Below, piece after piece: positions 1 through 12,200 of a stretch of DNA of 64,000 bases (positions are counted from its first letter, which is position 1; the number at the start of each line of letters is the position of its first letter). The DNA is from the human T2T-CHM13v2.0 reference genome, Homo sapiens. Made by a program: the position numbers and the translations under genes. The DNA lies in NCBI RefSeq assembly GCF_009914755.1, contig NC_060946.1. One strand, written 5' to 3'. The notes under the pieces were generated by a model that worked only from the letters and a program-made list of their open reading frames with translations, was not told the origin of the DNA and made no database searches.

Positions 1-311
1 CAAATATCCCCTCGCAGATTCTACAAAAAGAGTGTTTCAAAACTGCTCTGTAAAAAGAAAGGTTCAACTCTGTTAGTTGAGTACACACATCACAAACAAG
101 TTTCACAGAATGCTTCTTTCTAGCTTGTAGGGGAAGATATTCCCTTTATCACCATGGGCCTCCAAACGTCCGAAACGTCCACTTCCATATACTACAAAAA
201 GAGCGTTTCAAACCTGCTCTAGGAAAGGCAATGTTCAACTCTGTGACTTGAATGCAGACATCACAGAGCAGTTTCTGAGAATGCTTCTGTCTAGATTTTA
301 TAGGAAGATAT

Positions 312-328
312 TCCCGTTTCCAACGAAA
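312..328 (-). other. CENP-B box (first of four per 8-mer; repeated in every unit)
   Basis: Plus-strand tcccgtttccaacgaaa is the reverse complement of TTTCGTTGGAAACGGGA, matching the 17-bp consensus YTTCGTTGGAARCGGGA. Confidence 0.98.
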
Positions 329-482
329 TCTTCACAGCTATCCAAATATCCACTTGCAGATTCTACAAAAAGAGTGTATCAAAACTGCTCTGTCAAAAGG
401 AAGGTTCTTCTCTGTTAGGTGAGTGCATACGTCATAAAGGAGTTTCTGAGAATGTTTCTGTCTAGTGGTTATGGGAAGATAT

Positions 483-499
483 TTGCTTTTTCACCGTAG
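483..499 (-). other. A-box / pJalpha-like site of an A-type monomer (repeated in every 8-mer)
   Basis: Reverse complement CTACGGTGAAAAAGCAA lies 171 bp from the CENP-B box, at the homologous position. It resembles the pJalpha motif as recalled (CTAYGGTGRAAAAGGAA). A related site is at 1163-1179. Confidence 0.75.
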
Positions 500-653
500 G
501 CCTCAGAGCGCTCCAAATATCCACTTGCACATACTACAAAAAGAGTGCCTCAGAGCTGCTCTCTGAAACGGAATGTTCAACTCTATGAGTTGAATGCAAA
601 CATCACAAAGACGTTTCTGAGAATGCTTCTGTCTAGATTTGATATGAAGATAT

Positions 654-670
654 TCCCGTTTCCAACGAAA
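654..670 (-). other. CENP-B box (second of four per 8-mer)
   Basis: tcccgtttccaacgaaa, 342 bp after the first box. Confidence 0.98.
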
Positions 671-991
671 TCTTCAAATCTATCCAAATGTCCACTTGCA
701 GATTCAACAAAAAGTGTTTTTCAGAACTGCTCTATCAAAAGAAAGATCCACCTCTGTTAGCTGAGTTCACACATCACAAACAAGTTTATGAGAATGCTTC
801 TGTCTAGTTTTTATTTGAAGATATTTCCTTTCTCACCATAGACCTGAAAGCTGTCCTAATGTTCACTTCCAGATACTACAGAAAGAGTGTTTCAAAACTG
901 CTGTACGAAAGGGAATGTTCAACTCTGTGACTTGAATGCACACATCACAAAGAAGTTTCTGAGGATGCTGCTGTCTACTTTTTATACGTAA

Positions 992-1008
992 TCCCGTTTC
1001 CAACGAAA
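992..1008 (-). other. CENP-B box (third of four per 8-mer), next to a fixed 4-bp deletion
   Basis: tcccgtttccaacgaaa preceded by tatacgtaa instead of tatgaagatat; spacing from the previous box is 338 rather than 342 bp. Confidence 0.97.
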
Positions 1009-1333
1009 TCCTCCAAGCTATCCAAATATCCACTTGCAGATTCCACAGAAAGACTGTTTCAAAACTGCTCTGTCAATAGAAAGGTTCAACTCTGTTAGCT
1101 GCGTGCATATATCCCAAAGAAGATTCTGAGATTGCTTCTGTCTAGTTTTTATGGGAAGATATTTCCCTTTTCACCGTAGGCGTCAAGGCGCTCCAAATGT
1201 CCACTTCCAGATACTACAAAAAGAGTGTTTCAAACCTACTCTGTGAAAGGGAATATTCAACTCTGTGACTTGAATGCACATATCACAAAGAAGTTTCTGA
1301 GAATGCTTCTGTCGAGATTTTATATGAAGATAT

Positions 1334-1350
1334 TCCCGTTTCCAACGAAA
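1334..1350 (-). other. CENP-B box (fourth of four per 8-mer)
   Basis: tcccgtttccaacgaaa, 342 bp after the third box. Confidence 0.98.
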
Positions 1351-4092
1351 TCCTGAAATCTATCCAAATATCCCCTCGCAGATTCTACAAAAAGAGTGTT
1401 TCAAAACTGCTCTGTAAAAAGAAAGGTTCAACTCTGTTAGTTGAGTACACACATCACAAACAAGTTTCACAGAATGCTTCTTTCTAGCTTGTAGGGGAAG
1501 ATATTCCCTTTATCACCATGGGCCTCCAAACGTCCGAAACGTCCACTTCCATATACTACAAAAAGAGCGTTTCAAACCTGCTCTAGGAAAGGCAATGTTC
1601 AACTCTGTGACTTGAATGCAGACATCACAGAGCAGTTTCTGAGAATGCTTCTGTCTAGATTTTATAGGAAGATATTCCCGTTTCCAACGAAATCTTCACA
1701 GCTATCCAAATATCCACTTGCAGATTCTACAAAAAGAGTGTATCAAAACTGCTCTGTCAAAAGGAAGGTTCTTCTCTGTTAGGTGAGTGCATACGTCATA
1801 AAGGAGTTTCTGAGAATGTTTCTGTCTAGTGGTTATGGGAAGATATTTGCTTTTTCACCGTAGGCCTCAGAGCGCTCCAAATATCCACTTGCACATACTA
1901 CAAAAAGAGTGCCTCAGAGCTGCTCTCTGAAACGGAATGTTCAACTCTATGAGTTGAATGCAAACATCACAAAGACGTTTCTGAGAATGCTTCTGTCTAG
2001 ATTTGATATGAAGATATTCCCGTTTCCAACGAAATCTTCAAATCTATCCAAATGTCCACTTGCAGATTCAACAAAAAGTGTTTTTCAGAACTGCTCTATC
2101 AAAAGAAAGATCCACCTCTGTTAGCTGAGTTCACACATCACAAACAAGTTTATGAGAATGCTTCTGTCTAGTTTTTATTTGAAGATATTTCCTTTCTCAC
2201 CATAGACCTGAAAGCTGTCCTAATGTTCACTTCCAGATACTACAGAAAGAGTGTTTCAAAACTGCTGTACGAAAGGGAATGTTCAACTCTGTGACTTGAA
2301 TGCACACATCACAAAGAAGTTTCTGAGGATGCTGCTGTCTACTTTTTATACGTAATCCCGTTTCCAACGAAATCCTCCAAGCTATCCAAATATCCACTTG
2401 CAGATTCCACAGAAAGACTGTTTCAAAACTGCTCTGTCAATAGAAAGGTTCAACTCTGTTAGCTGCGTGCATATATCCCAAAGAAGATTCTGAGATTCCT
2501 TCTGTCTAGTTTTTATGGGAAGATATTTCCCTTTTCACCGTAGGCGTCAAGGCGCTCCAAATGTCCACTTCCAGATACTACAAAAAGAGTGTTTCAAACC
2601 TACTCTGTGAAAGCGAATATTCAACTCTGTGACTTGAATGCACATATCACAAAGAAGTTTCTGAGAATGCTTCTGTCGAGATTTTATATGAAGATATTCC
2701 CGTTTCCAACGAAATCCTGAAATCTATCCAAATATCCCCTCGCAGATTCTACAAAAAGAGTGTTTCAAAACTGCTCTGTAAAAAGAAAGGTTCAACTCTG
2801 TTAGTTGAGTACACACATCACAAACAAGTTTCACAGAATGCTTCTTTCTAGCTTGTAGGGGAAGATATTCCCTTTATCACCATGGTCCTCAAACCGTCCG
2901 AAACGTCCACTTCCATATACTACAAAAAGAGCGTTTCAAACCTGCTCTAGGAAAGGCAATGTTCAACTCTGTGACTTGAATGCAGACATCACAGAGCAGT
3001 TTCTGAGAATGCTTCTGTCTAGATTTTATAGGAAGATATTCCCGTTTCCAACGAAATCTTCACAGCTATCCAAATATCCACTTGCAGATTCTACAAAAAG
3101 AGTGTATCAAAACTGCTCTGTCAAAAGGAAGGTTCTTCTCTGTTAGGTGAGTGCATACGTCATAAAGGAGTTTCTGAGAATGTTTCTGTCTAGTGGTTAT
3201 GGGAAGATATTTGCTTTTTCACCGTAGGCCTCAGAGCGCTCCAAATATCCACTTGCACATACTACAAAAAGAGTGCCTCAAAGCTGCTCTCTGAAACGGA
3301 ATGTTCAACTCTATGAGTTGAATGCAAACATCACAAAGACGTTTCTGAGAATGCTTCTGTCTAGATTTGATATGAAGATATTCCCGTTTCCAACGAAATC
3401 TTCAAATCTATCCAAATGTCCACTTGCAGATTCAACAAAAAGTGTTTTTCAGAACTGCTGTATCAAAAGAAAGATCCACGTCTGTTAGCTGAGTTCACAC
3501 ATCACAAACAAGTTTATGAGAATGCTTCTGTCTAGTTTTTATTTGAAGATATTTCCTTTCTCACCATAGACCTGAAAGCTGTCCTAATGTTCACTTCCAG
3601 ATACTACAGAAAGAGTGTTTCAAAACTGCTGTACGAAAGGGAATTTTCAACCCTGTGACTTGAATGCACACATCACAAAGAAGTTTCTGAGGATGCTGCT
3701 GTCTACTTTTTATACGTAATCCCGTTTCCAACGAAATCCTCCAAGCTATCCAAATATCCACTTGCAGATTCCACAGAAAGACTGTTTCAAAACTGCTCTG
3801 TCAATAGAAAGGTTCAACTCTGTTAGCTGCGTGCATATATCCCAAAGAAGATTCTGAGATTGCTTCTGTCTAGTTTTTATGGGAAGATATTTCCCTTTTC
3901 ACCGTAGGCGTCAAGGCGCTCCAAATGTCCACTTCCAGATACTACAAAAAGAGTGTTTCAAACCTACTCTGTGAAAGGGAATATTCAACTCTGTGACTTG
4001 AATGCACATATCACAAAGAAGTTTCTGAGAATGCTTCTGTCGAGATTTTATATGAAGATATTCCCGTTTCCAACGAAATCCTGAAATCTATC

Positions 4093-5114
4093 CAAATATC
4101 CCCTCGCAGATTCTACAAAAAGAGTGTTTCAAAACTGCTCTGTAAAAAGAAAGGTTCAACTCTGTTAGTTGAGTACACACATCACAAACAAGTTTCACAG
4201 AATGCTTCTTTCTAGCTTGTAGGGGAAGATATTCCCTTTATCACCATGGGCCTCCAAACGTCCGAAACGTCCACTTCCATATACTACAAAAAGAGCGTTT
4301 CAAACCTGCTCTAGGAAAGGCAATGTTCAACTCTGTGACTTGAATGCAGACATCACAGAGCAGTTTCTGAGAATGCTTCTGTCTAGATTTGATATGAAGA
4401 TATTCCCGTTTCCAACGAAATCTTCAAATCTATCCAAATGTCCACTTGCAGATTCAACAAAAAGTGTTTTTCAGAACTGCTGTATCAAAAGAAAGATCCA
4501 CGTCTGTTAGCTGAGTTCACACATCACAAACAAGTTTATGAGAATGCTTCTGTCTAGTTTTTATTTGAAGATATTTCCTTTCTCACCATAGACCTGAAAG
4601 CTGTCCTAATGTTCACTTCCAGATACTACAGAAAGAGTGTTTCAAAACTGCTGTACGAAAGGGAATTTTCAACCCTGTGACTTGAATGCACACATCACAA
4701 AGAAGTTTCTGAGGATGCTGCTGTCTACTTTTTATACGTAATCCCGTTTCCAACGAAATCCTCCAAGCTATCCAAATATCCACTTGCAGATTCCACAGAA
4801 AGACTGTTTCAAAACTGCTCTGTCAATAGAAAGGTTCAACTCTGTTAGCTGCGTGCATATATCCCGAAGAAGATTCTGAGATTGCTTCTGTCTAGTTTTT
4901 ATGGGAAGATATTTCCCTTTTCACCGTAGGCGTCAAGGCGCTCCAAATGTCCACTTCCAGATACTACAAAAAGAGTGTTTCAAACCTACTCTGTGAAAGG
5001 GAATATTCAACTCTGTGACTTGAATGCACATATCACAAAGAAGTTTCTGAGAATGCTTCTGTCGAGATTTTATATGAAGATATTCCCGTTTCCAACGAAA
5101 TCCTGAAATCTATC
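4093..5114 (-). repeat. 6-mer (1022-bp) HOR deletion variant, junction type 1
   Basis: Lacks 342 bp. cacagagcagtttctgagaatgcttctgtctagattt runs directly into gatatgaag...tcttcaaatc. ORF spacing 3273 to 5659 = 2386 = 1364+1022. Confidence 0.95.
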
Positions 5115-8100
5115 CAAATATCCCCTCGCAGATTCTACAAAAAGAGTGTTTCAAAACTGCTCTGTAAAAAGAAAGGTTCAACTCTGTTAGTTGAGTACAC
5201 ACATCACAAACAAGTTTCACAGAATGCTTCTTTCTAGCTTGTAGGGGAAGATATTCCCTTTATCACCATGGGCCTCCAAACGTCCGAAACGTCCACTTCC
5301 ATATACTACAAAAAGAGCGTTTCAAACCTGCTCTAGGAAAGGCAATGTTCAACTCTGTGACTTGAATGCAGACATCACAGAGCAGTTTCTGAGAATGCTT
5401 CTGTCTAGATTTTATAGGAAGATATTCCCGTTTCCAACGAAATCTTCACAGCTATCCAAATATCCACTTGCAGATTCTACAAAAAGAGTGTATCAAAACT
5501 GCTCTGTCAAAAGGAAGGTTCTTCTCTGTTAGGTGAGTGCATACGTCATAAAGGAGTTTCTGAGAATGTTTCTGTCTAGTGGTTATGGGAAGATATTTGC
5601 TTTTTCACCGTAGGCCTCAGAGCGCTCCAAATATCCACTTGCACATACTACAAAAAGAGTGCCTCAGAGCTGCTCTCTGAAACGGAATGTTCAACTCTAT
5701 GAGTTGAATGCAAACATCACAAAGACGTTTCTGAGAATGCTTCTGTCTAGATTTGATATGAAGATATTCCCGTTTCCAACGAAATCTTCAAATCTATCCA
5801 AATGTCCACTTGCAGATTCAACAAAAAGTGTTTTTCAGAACTGCTCTATCAAAAGAAAGATCCACCTCTGTTAGCTGAGTTCACACATCACAAACAAGTT
5901 TATGAGAATGCTTCTGTCTAGTTTTTATTTGAAGATATTTCCTTTCTCACCATAGACCTGAAAGCTGTCCTAATGTTCACTTCCAGATACTACAGAAAGA
6001 GTGTTTCAAAACTGCTGTACGAAAGGGAATGTTCAACTCTGTGACTTGAATGCACACATCACAAAGAAGTTTCTGAGGATGCTGCTGTCTACTTTTTATA
6101 CGTAATCCCGTTTCCAACGAAATCCTCCAAGCTATCCAAATATCCACTTGCAGATTCCACAGAAAGACTGTTTCAAAACTGCTCTGTCAATAGAAAGGTT
6201 CAACTCTGTTAGCTGCGTGCATATATCCCAAAGAAGATTCTGAGATTGCTTCTGTCTAGTTTTTATGGGAAGATATTTCCCTTTTCACCGTAGGCGTCAA
6301 GGCGCTCCAAATGTCCACTTCCAGATACTACAAAAAGAGTGTTTCAAACCTACTCTGTGAAAGGGAATATTCAACTCTGTGACTTGAATGCACATATCAC
6401 AAAGAAGTTTCTGAGAATGCTTCTGTCGAGATTTTATATGAAGATATTCCCGTTTCCAACGAAATCCTGAAATCTATCCAAATATCCCCTCGCAGATTCT
6501 ACAAAAAGAGTGTTTCAAAACTGCTCTGTAAAAAGAAAGGTTCAACTCTGTTAGTTGAGTACACACATCACAAACAAGTTTCACAGAATGCTTCTTTCTA
6601 GCTTGTAGGGGAAGATATTCCCTTTATCACCATGGGCCTCCAAACGTCCGAAACGTCCACTTCCATATACTACAAAAAGAGCGTTTCAAACCTGCTCTAG
6701 GAAAGGCAATGTTCAACTCTGTGACTTGAATGCAGACATCACAGAGCAGTTTCTGAGAATGCTTCTGTCTAGATTTTATAGGAAGATATTCCCGTTTCCA
6801 ACGAAATCTTCACAGCTATCCAAATATCCACTTGCAGATTCTACAAAAAGAGTGTATCAAAACTGCTCTGTCAAAAGGAAGGTTCTTCTCTGTTAGGTGA
6901 GTGCATACGTCATAAAGGAGTTTCTGAGAATGTTTCTGTCTAGTGGTTATGGGAAGATATTTGCTTTTTCACCGTAGGCCTCAGAGCGCTCCAAATATCC
7001 ACTTGCACATACTACAAAAAGAGTGCCTCAGAGCTGCTCTCTGAAACGGAATGTTCAACTCTATGAGTTGAATGCAAACATCACAAAGACGTTTCTGAGA
7101 ATGCTTCTGTCTAGATTTGATATGAAGATATTCCCGTTTCCAACGAAATCTTCAAATCTATCCAAATGTCCACTTGCAGATTCAACAAAAAGTGTTTTTC
7201 AGAACTGCTCTATCAAAAGAAAGATCCACCTCTGTTAGCTGAGTTCACACATCACAAACAAGTTTATGAGAATGCTTCTGTCTAGTTTTTATTTGAAGAT
7301 ATTTCCTTTCTCACCATAGACCTGAAAGCTGTCCTAATGTTCACTTCCAGATACTACAGAAAGAGTGTTTCAAAACTGCTGTACGAAAGGGAATGTTCAA
7401 CTCTGTGACTTGAATGCACACATCACAAAGAAGTTTCTGAGGATGCTGCTGTCTACTTTTTATACGTAATCCCGTTTCCAACGAAATCCTCCAAGCTATC
7501 CAAATATCCACTTGCAGATTCCACAGAAAGACTGTTTCAAAACTGCTCTGTCAATAGAAAGGTTCAACTCTGTTAGCTGCGTGCATATATCCCAAAGAAG
7601 ATTCTGAGATTCCTTCTGTCTAGTTTTTATGGGAAGATATTTCCCTTTTCACCGTAGGCGTCAAGGCGCTCCAAATGTCCACTTCCAGATACTACAAAAA
7701 GAGTGTTTCAAACCTACTCTGTGAAAGCGAATATTCAACTCTGTGACTTGAATGCACATATCACAAAGAAGTTTCTGAGAATGCTTCTGTCGAGATTTTA
7801 TATGAAGATATTCCCGTTTCCAACGAAATCCTGAAATCTATCCAAATATCCCCTCGCAGATTCTACAAAAAGAGTGTTTCAAAACTGCTCTGTAAAAAGA
7901 AAGGTTCAACTCTGTTAGTTGAGTACACACATCACAAACAAGTTTCACAGAATGCTTCTTTCTAGCTTGTAGGGGAAGATATTCCCTTTATCACCATGGT
8001 CCTCAAACCGTCCGAAACGTCCACTTCCATATACTACAAAAAGAGCGTTTCAAACCTGCTCTAGGAAAGGCAATGTTCAACTCTGTGACTTGAATGCAGA

Positions 8101-9252
8101 CATCACAGAGCAGTTTCTGAGAATGCTTCTGTCTAGATTTTATAGGAAGATATTCCCGTTTCCAACGAAATCTTCACAGCTATCCAAATATCCACTTGCA
8201 GATTCTACAAAAAGAGTGTATCAAAACTGCTCTGTCAAAAGGAAGGTTCTTCTCTGTTAGGTGAGTGCATACGTCATAAAGGAGTTTCTGAGAATGTTTC
8301 TGTCTAGTGGTTATGGGAAGATATTTGCTTTTTCACCGTAGGCCTCAGAGCGCTCCAAATATCCACTTGCACATACTACAAAAAGAGTGCCTCAAAGCTG
8401 CTCTCTGAAACGGAATGTTCAACTCTATGAGTTGAATGCAAACATCACAAAGACGTTTCTGAGAATGCTTCTGTCTAGATTTGATATGAAGATATTCCCG
8501 TTTCCAACGAAATCTTCAAATCTATCCAAATGTCCACTTGCAGATTCAACAAAAAGTGTTTTTCAGAACTGCTGTATCAAAAGAAAGATCCACGTCTGTT
8601 AGCTGAGTTCACACATCACAAACAAGTTTATGAGAATGCTTCTGTCTAGTTTTTATTTGAAGATATTTCCTTTCTCACCATAGACCTGAAAGCTGTCCTA
8701 ATGTTCACTTCCAGATACTACAGAAAGAGTGTTTCAAAACTGCTGTACGAAAGGGAATTTTCAACCCTGTGACTTGAATGCACACATCACAAAGAAGTTT
8801 CTGAGGATGCTGCTGTCTACTTTTTATACGTAATCCCGTTTCCAACGAAATCCTCCAAGCTATCCAAATATCCACTTGCAGATTCCACAGAAAGACTGTT
8901 TCAAAACTGCTCTGTCAATAGAAAGGTTCAACTCTGTTAGCTGCGTGCATATATCCCAAAGAAGATTCTGAGATTGCTTCTGTCTAGTTTTTATGGGAAG
9001 ATATTTCCCTTTTCACCGTAGGCGTCAAGGCGCTCCAAATGTCCACTTCCAGATACTACAAAAAGAGTGTTTCAAACCTACTCTGTGAAAGGGAATATTC
9101 AACTCTGTGACTTGAATGCACATATCACAAAGAAGTTTCTGAGAATGCTTCTGTCGAGATTTTATATGAAGATATTCCCGTTTCCAACGAAATCCTGAAA
9201 TCTATCCAAATATCCCCTCGCAGATTCTACAAAAAGAGTGTTTCAAAACTGC

Positions 9253-12200
9253 TCTGTAAAAAGAAAGGTTCAACTCTGTTAGTTGAGTACACACATCACA
9301 AACAAGTTTCACAGAATGCTTCTTTCTAGCTTGTAGGGGAAGATATTCCCTTTATCACCATGGGCCTCCAAACGTCCGAAACGTCCACTTCCATATACTA
9401 CAAAAAGAGCGTTTCAAACCTGCTCTAGGAAAGGCAATGTTCAACTCTGTGACTTGAATGCAGACATCACAGAGCAGTTTCTGAGAATGCTTCTGTCTAG
9501 ATTTTATAGGAAGATATTCCCGTTTCCAACGAAATCTTCACAGCTATCCAAATATCCACTTGCAGATTCTACAAAAAGAGTGTATCAAAACTGCTCTGTC
9601 AAAAGGAAGGTTCTTCTCTGTTAGGTGAGTGCATACGTCATAAAGGAGTTTCTGAGAATGTTTCTGTCTAGTGGTTATGGGAAGATATTTGCTTTTTCAC
9701 CGTAGGCCTCAGAGCGCTCCAAATATCCACTTGCACATACTACAAAAAGAGTGCCTCAGAGCTGCTCTCTGAAACGGAATGTTCAACTCTATGAGTTGAA
9801 TGCAAACATCACAAAGACGTTTCTGAGAATGCTTCTGTCTAGATTTGATATGAAGATATTCCCGTTTCCAACGAAATCTTCAAATCTATCCAAATGTCCA
9901 CTTGCAGATTCAACAAAAAGTGTTTTTCAGAACTGCTCTATCAAAAGAAAGATCCACCTCTGTTAGCTGAGTTCACACATCACAAACAAGTTTATGAGAA
10001 TGCTTCTGTCTAGTTTTTATTTGAAGATATTTCCTTTCTCACCATAGACCTGAAAGCTGTCCTAATGTTCACTTCCAGATACTACAGAAAGAGTGTTTCA
10101 AAACTGCTGTACGAAAGGGAATGTTCAACTCTGTGACTTGAATGCACACATCACAAAGAAGTTTCTGAGGATGCTGCTGTCTACTTTTTATACGTAATCC
10201 CGTTTCCAACGAAATCCTCCAAGCTATCCAAATATCCACTTGCAGATTCCACAGAAAGACTGTTTCAAAACTGCTCTGTCAATAGAAAGGTTCAACTCTG
10301 TTAGCTGCGTGCATATATCCCAAAGAAGATTCTGAGATTGCTTCTGTCTAGTTTTTATGGGAAGATATTTCCCTTTTCACCGTAGGCGTCAAGGCGCTCC
10401 AAATGTCCACTTCCAGATACTACAAAAAGAGTGTTTCAAACCTACTCTGTGAAAGGGAATATTCAACTCTGTGACTTGAATGCACATATCACAAAGAAGT
10501 TTCTGAGAATGCTTCTGTCGAGATTTTATATGAAGATATTCCCGTTTCCAACGAAATCCTGAAATCTATCCAAATATCCCCTCGCAGATTCTACAAAAAG
10601 AGTGTTTCAAAACTGCTCTGTAAAAAGAAAGGTTCAACTCTGTTAGTTGAGTACACACATCACAAACAAGTTTCACAGAATGCTTCTTTCTAGCTTGTAG
10701 GGGAAGATATTCCCTTTATCACCATGGGCCTCCAAACGTCCGAAACGTCCACTTCCATATACTACAAAAAGAGCGTTTCAAACCTGCTCTAGGAAAGGCA
10801 ATGTTCAACTCTGTGACTTGAATGCAGACATCACAGAGCAGTTTCTGAGAATGCTTCTGTCTAGATTTTATAGGAAGATATTCCCGTTTCCAACGAAATC
10901 TTCACAGCTATCCAAATATCCACTTGCAGATTCTACAAAAAGAGTGTATCAAAACTGCTCTGTCAAAAGGAAGGTTCTTCTCTGTTAGGTGAGTGCATAC
11001 GTCATAAAGGAGTTTCTGAGAATGTTTCTGTCTAGTGGTTATGGGAAGATATTTGCTTTTTCACCGTAGGCCTCAGAGCGCTCCAAATATCCACTTGCAC
11101 ATACTACAAAAAGAGTGCCTCAGAGCTGCTCTCTGAAACGGAATGTTCAACTCTATGAGTTGAATGCAAACATCACAAAGACGTTTCTGAGAATGCTTCT
11201 GTCTAGATTTGATATGAAGATATTCCCGTTTCCAACGAAATCTTCAAATCTATCCAAATGTCCACTTGCAGATTCAACAAAAAGTGTTTTTCAGAACTGC
11301 TCTATCAAAAGAAAGATCCACCTCTGTTAGCTGAGTTCACACATCACAAACATGTTTATGAGAATGCTTCTGTCTAGTTTTTATTTGAAGATATTTCCTT
11401 TCTCACCATAGACCTGAAAGCTGTCCTAATGTTCACTTCCAGATACTACAGAAAGAGTGTTTCAAAACTGCTGTACGAAAGGGAATGTTCAACTCTGTGA
11501 CTTGAATGCACACATCACAAAGAAGTTTCTGAGGATGCTGCTGTCTACTTTTTATACGTAATCCCGTTTCCAACGAAATCCTCCAAGCTATCCAAATATC
11601 CACTTGCAGATTCCACAGAAAGACTGTTTCAAAACTGCTCTGTCAATAGAAAGGTTCAACTCTGTTAGCTGCGTGCATATATCCCAAAGAAGATTCTGAG
11701 ATTGCTTCTGTCTAGTTTTTATGGGAAGATATTTCCCTTTTCACCGTAGGCGTCAAGGCCCTCCAAATGTCCACTTCCAGATACTACAAAAAGAGTGTTT
11801 CAAACCTACTCTGTGAAAGCGAATATTCAACTCTGTGACTTGAATGCACATATCACAAAGAAGTTTCTGAGAATGCTTCTGTCGAGATTTTATATGAAGA
11901 TATTCCCGTTTCCAACGAAATCCTGAAATCTATCCAAATATCCCCTCGCAGATTCTACAAAAAGAGTGTTTCAAAACTGCTCTGTAAAAAGAAAGGTTCA
12001 ACTCTGTTAGTTGAGTACACACATCACAAACAAGTTTCACAGAATGCTTCTTTCTAGCTTGTAGGGGAAGATATTCCCTTTATCACCATGGTCCTCAAAC
12101 CGTCCGAAACGTCCACTTCCATATACTACAAAAAGAGCGTTTCAAACCTGCTCTAGGAAAGGCAATGTTCAACTCTGTGACTTGAATGCAGACATCACAG

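Larger units (their letters stand above)
1..1364 (-). repeat. Representative canonical 8-mer HOR unit; probably the D14Z9/D22Z1 (S2C14/22H1L) family
   Basis: The unit is four B+A dimers with CENP-B box spacings 342/338/342/342 bp (sum 1364). Monomer sequences such as ggttcttctctgttaggtgagtgcatacgtcataaagg and cttgtaggggaagatattccctttatcaccatgg are recalled from the acrocentric SF2 arrays. An 8-mer period fits chr14/22 rather than the chr13/21 11-mer. Not database-verified, and chr14 cannot be told from chr22 here. Confidence 0.75.

Noticed and set aside
506-513. Short palindrome gagcgctc and other small dyads as possible cruciform or terminator elements
   Set aside because: They are too short to be significant and are simply part of the monomer sequence; no long inverted repeat was seen.
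1-1364. Assignment to D13Z1/D21Z1 or other SF2 arrays (D18Z1, D20Z2, D2Z1)
   Set aside because: Some monomers resemble the chr13/21 array, but its canonical unit is an 11-mer, whereas the period here is consistently 8. The other arrays fit less well from recall. An HMM-based alpha-satellite monomer classification would be decisive.
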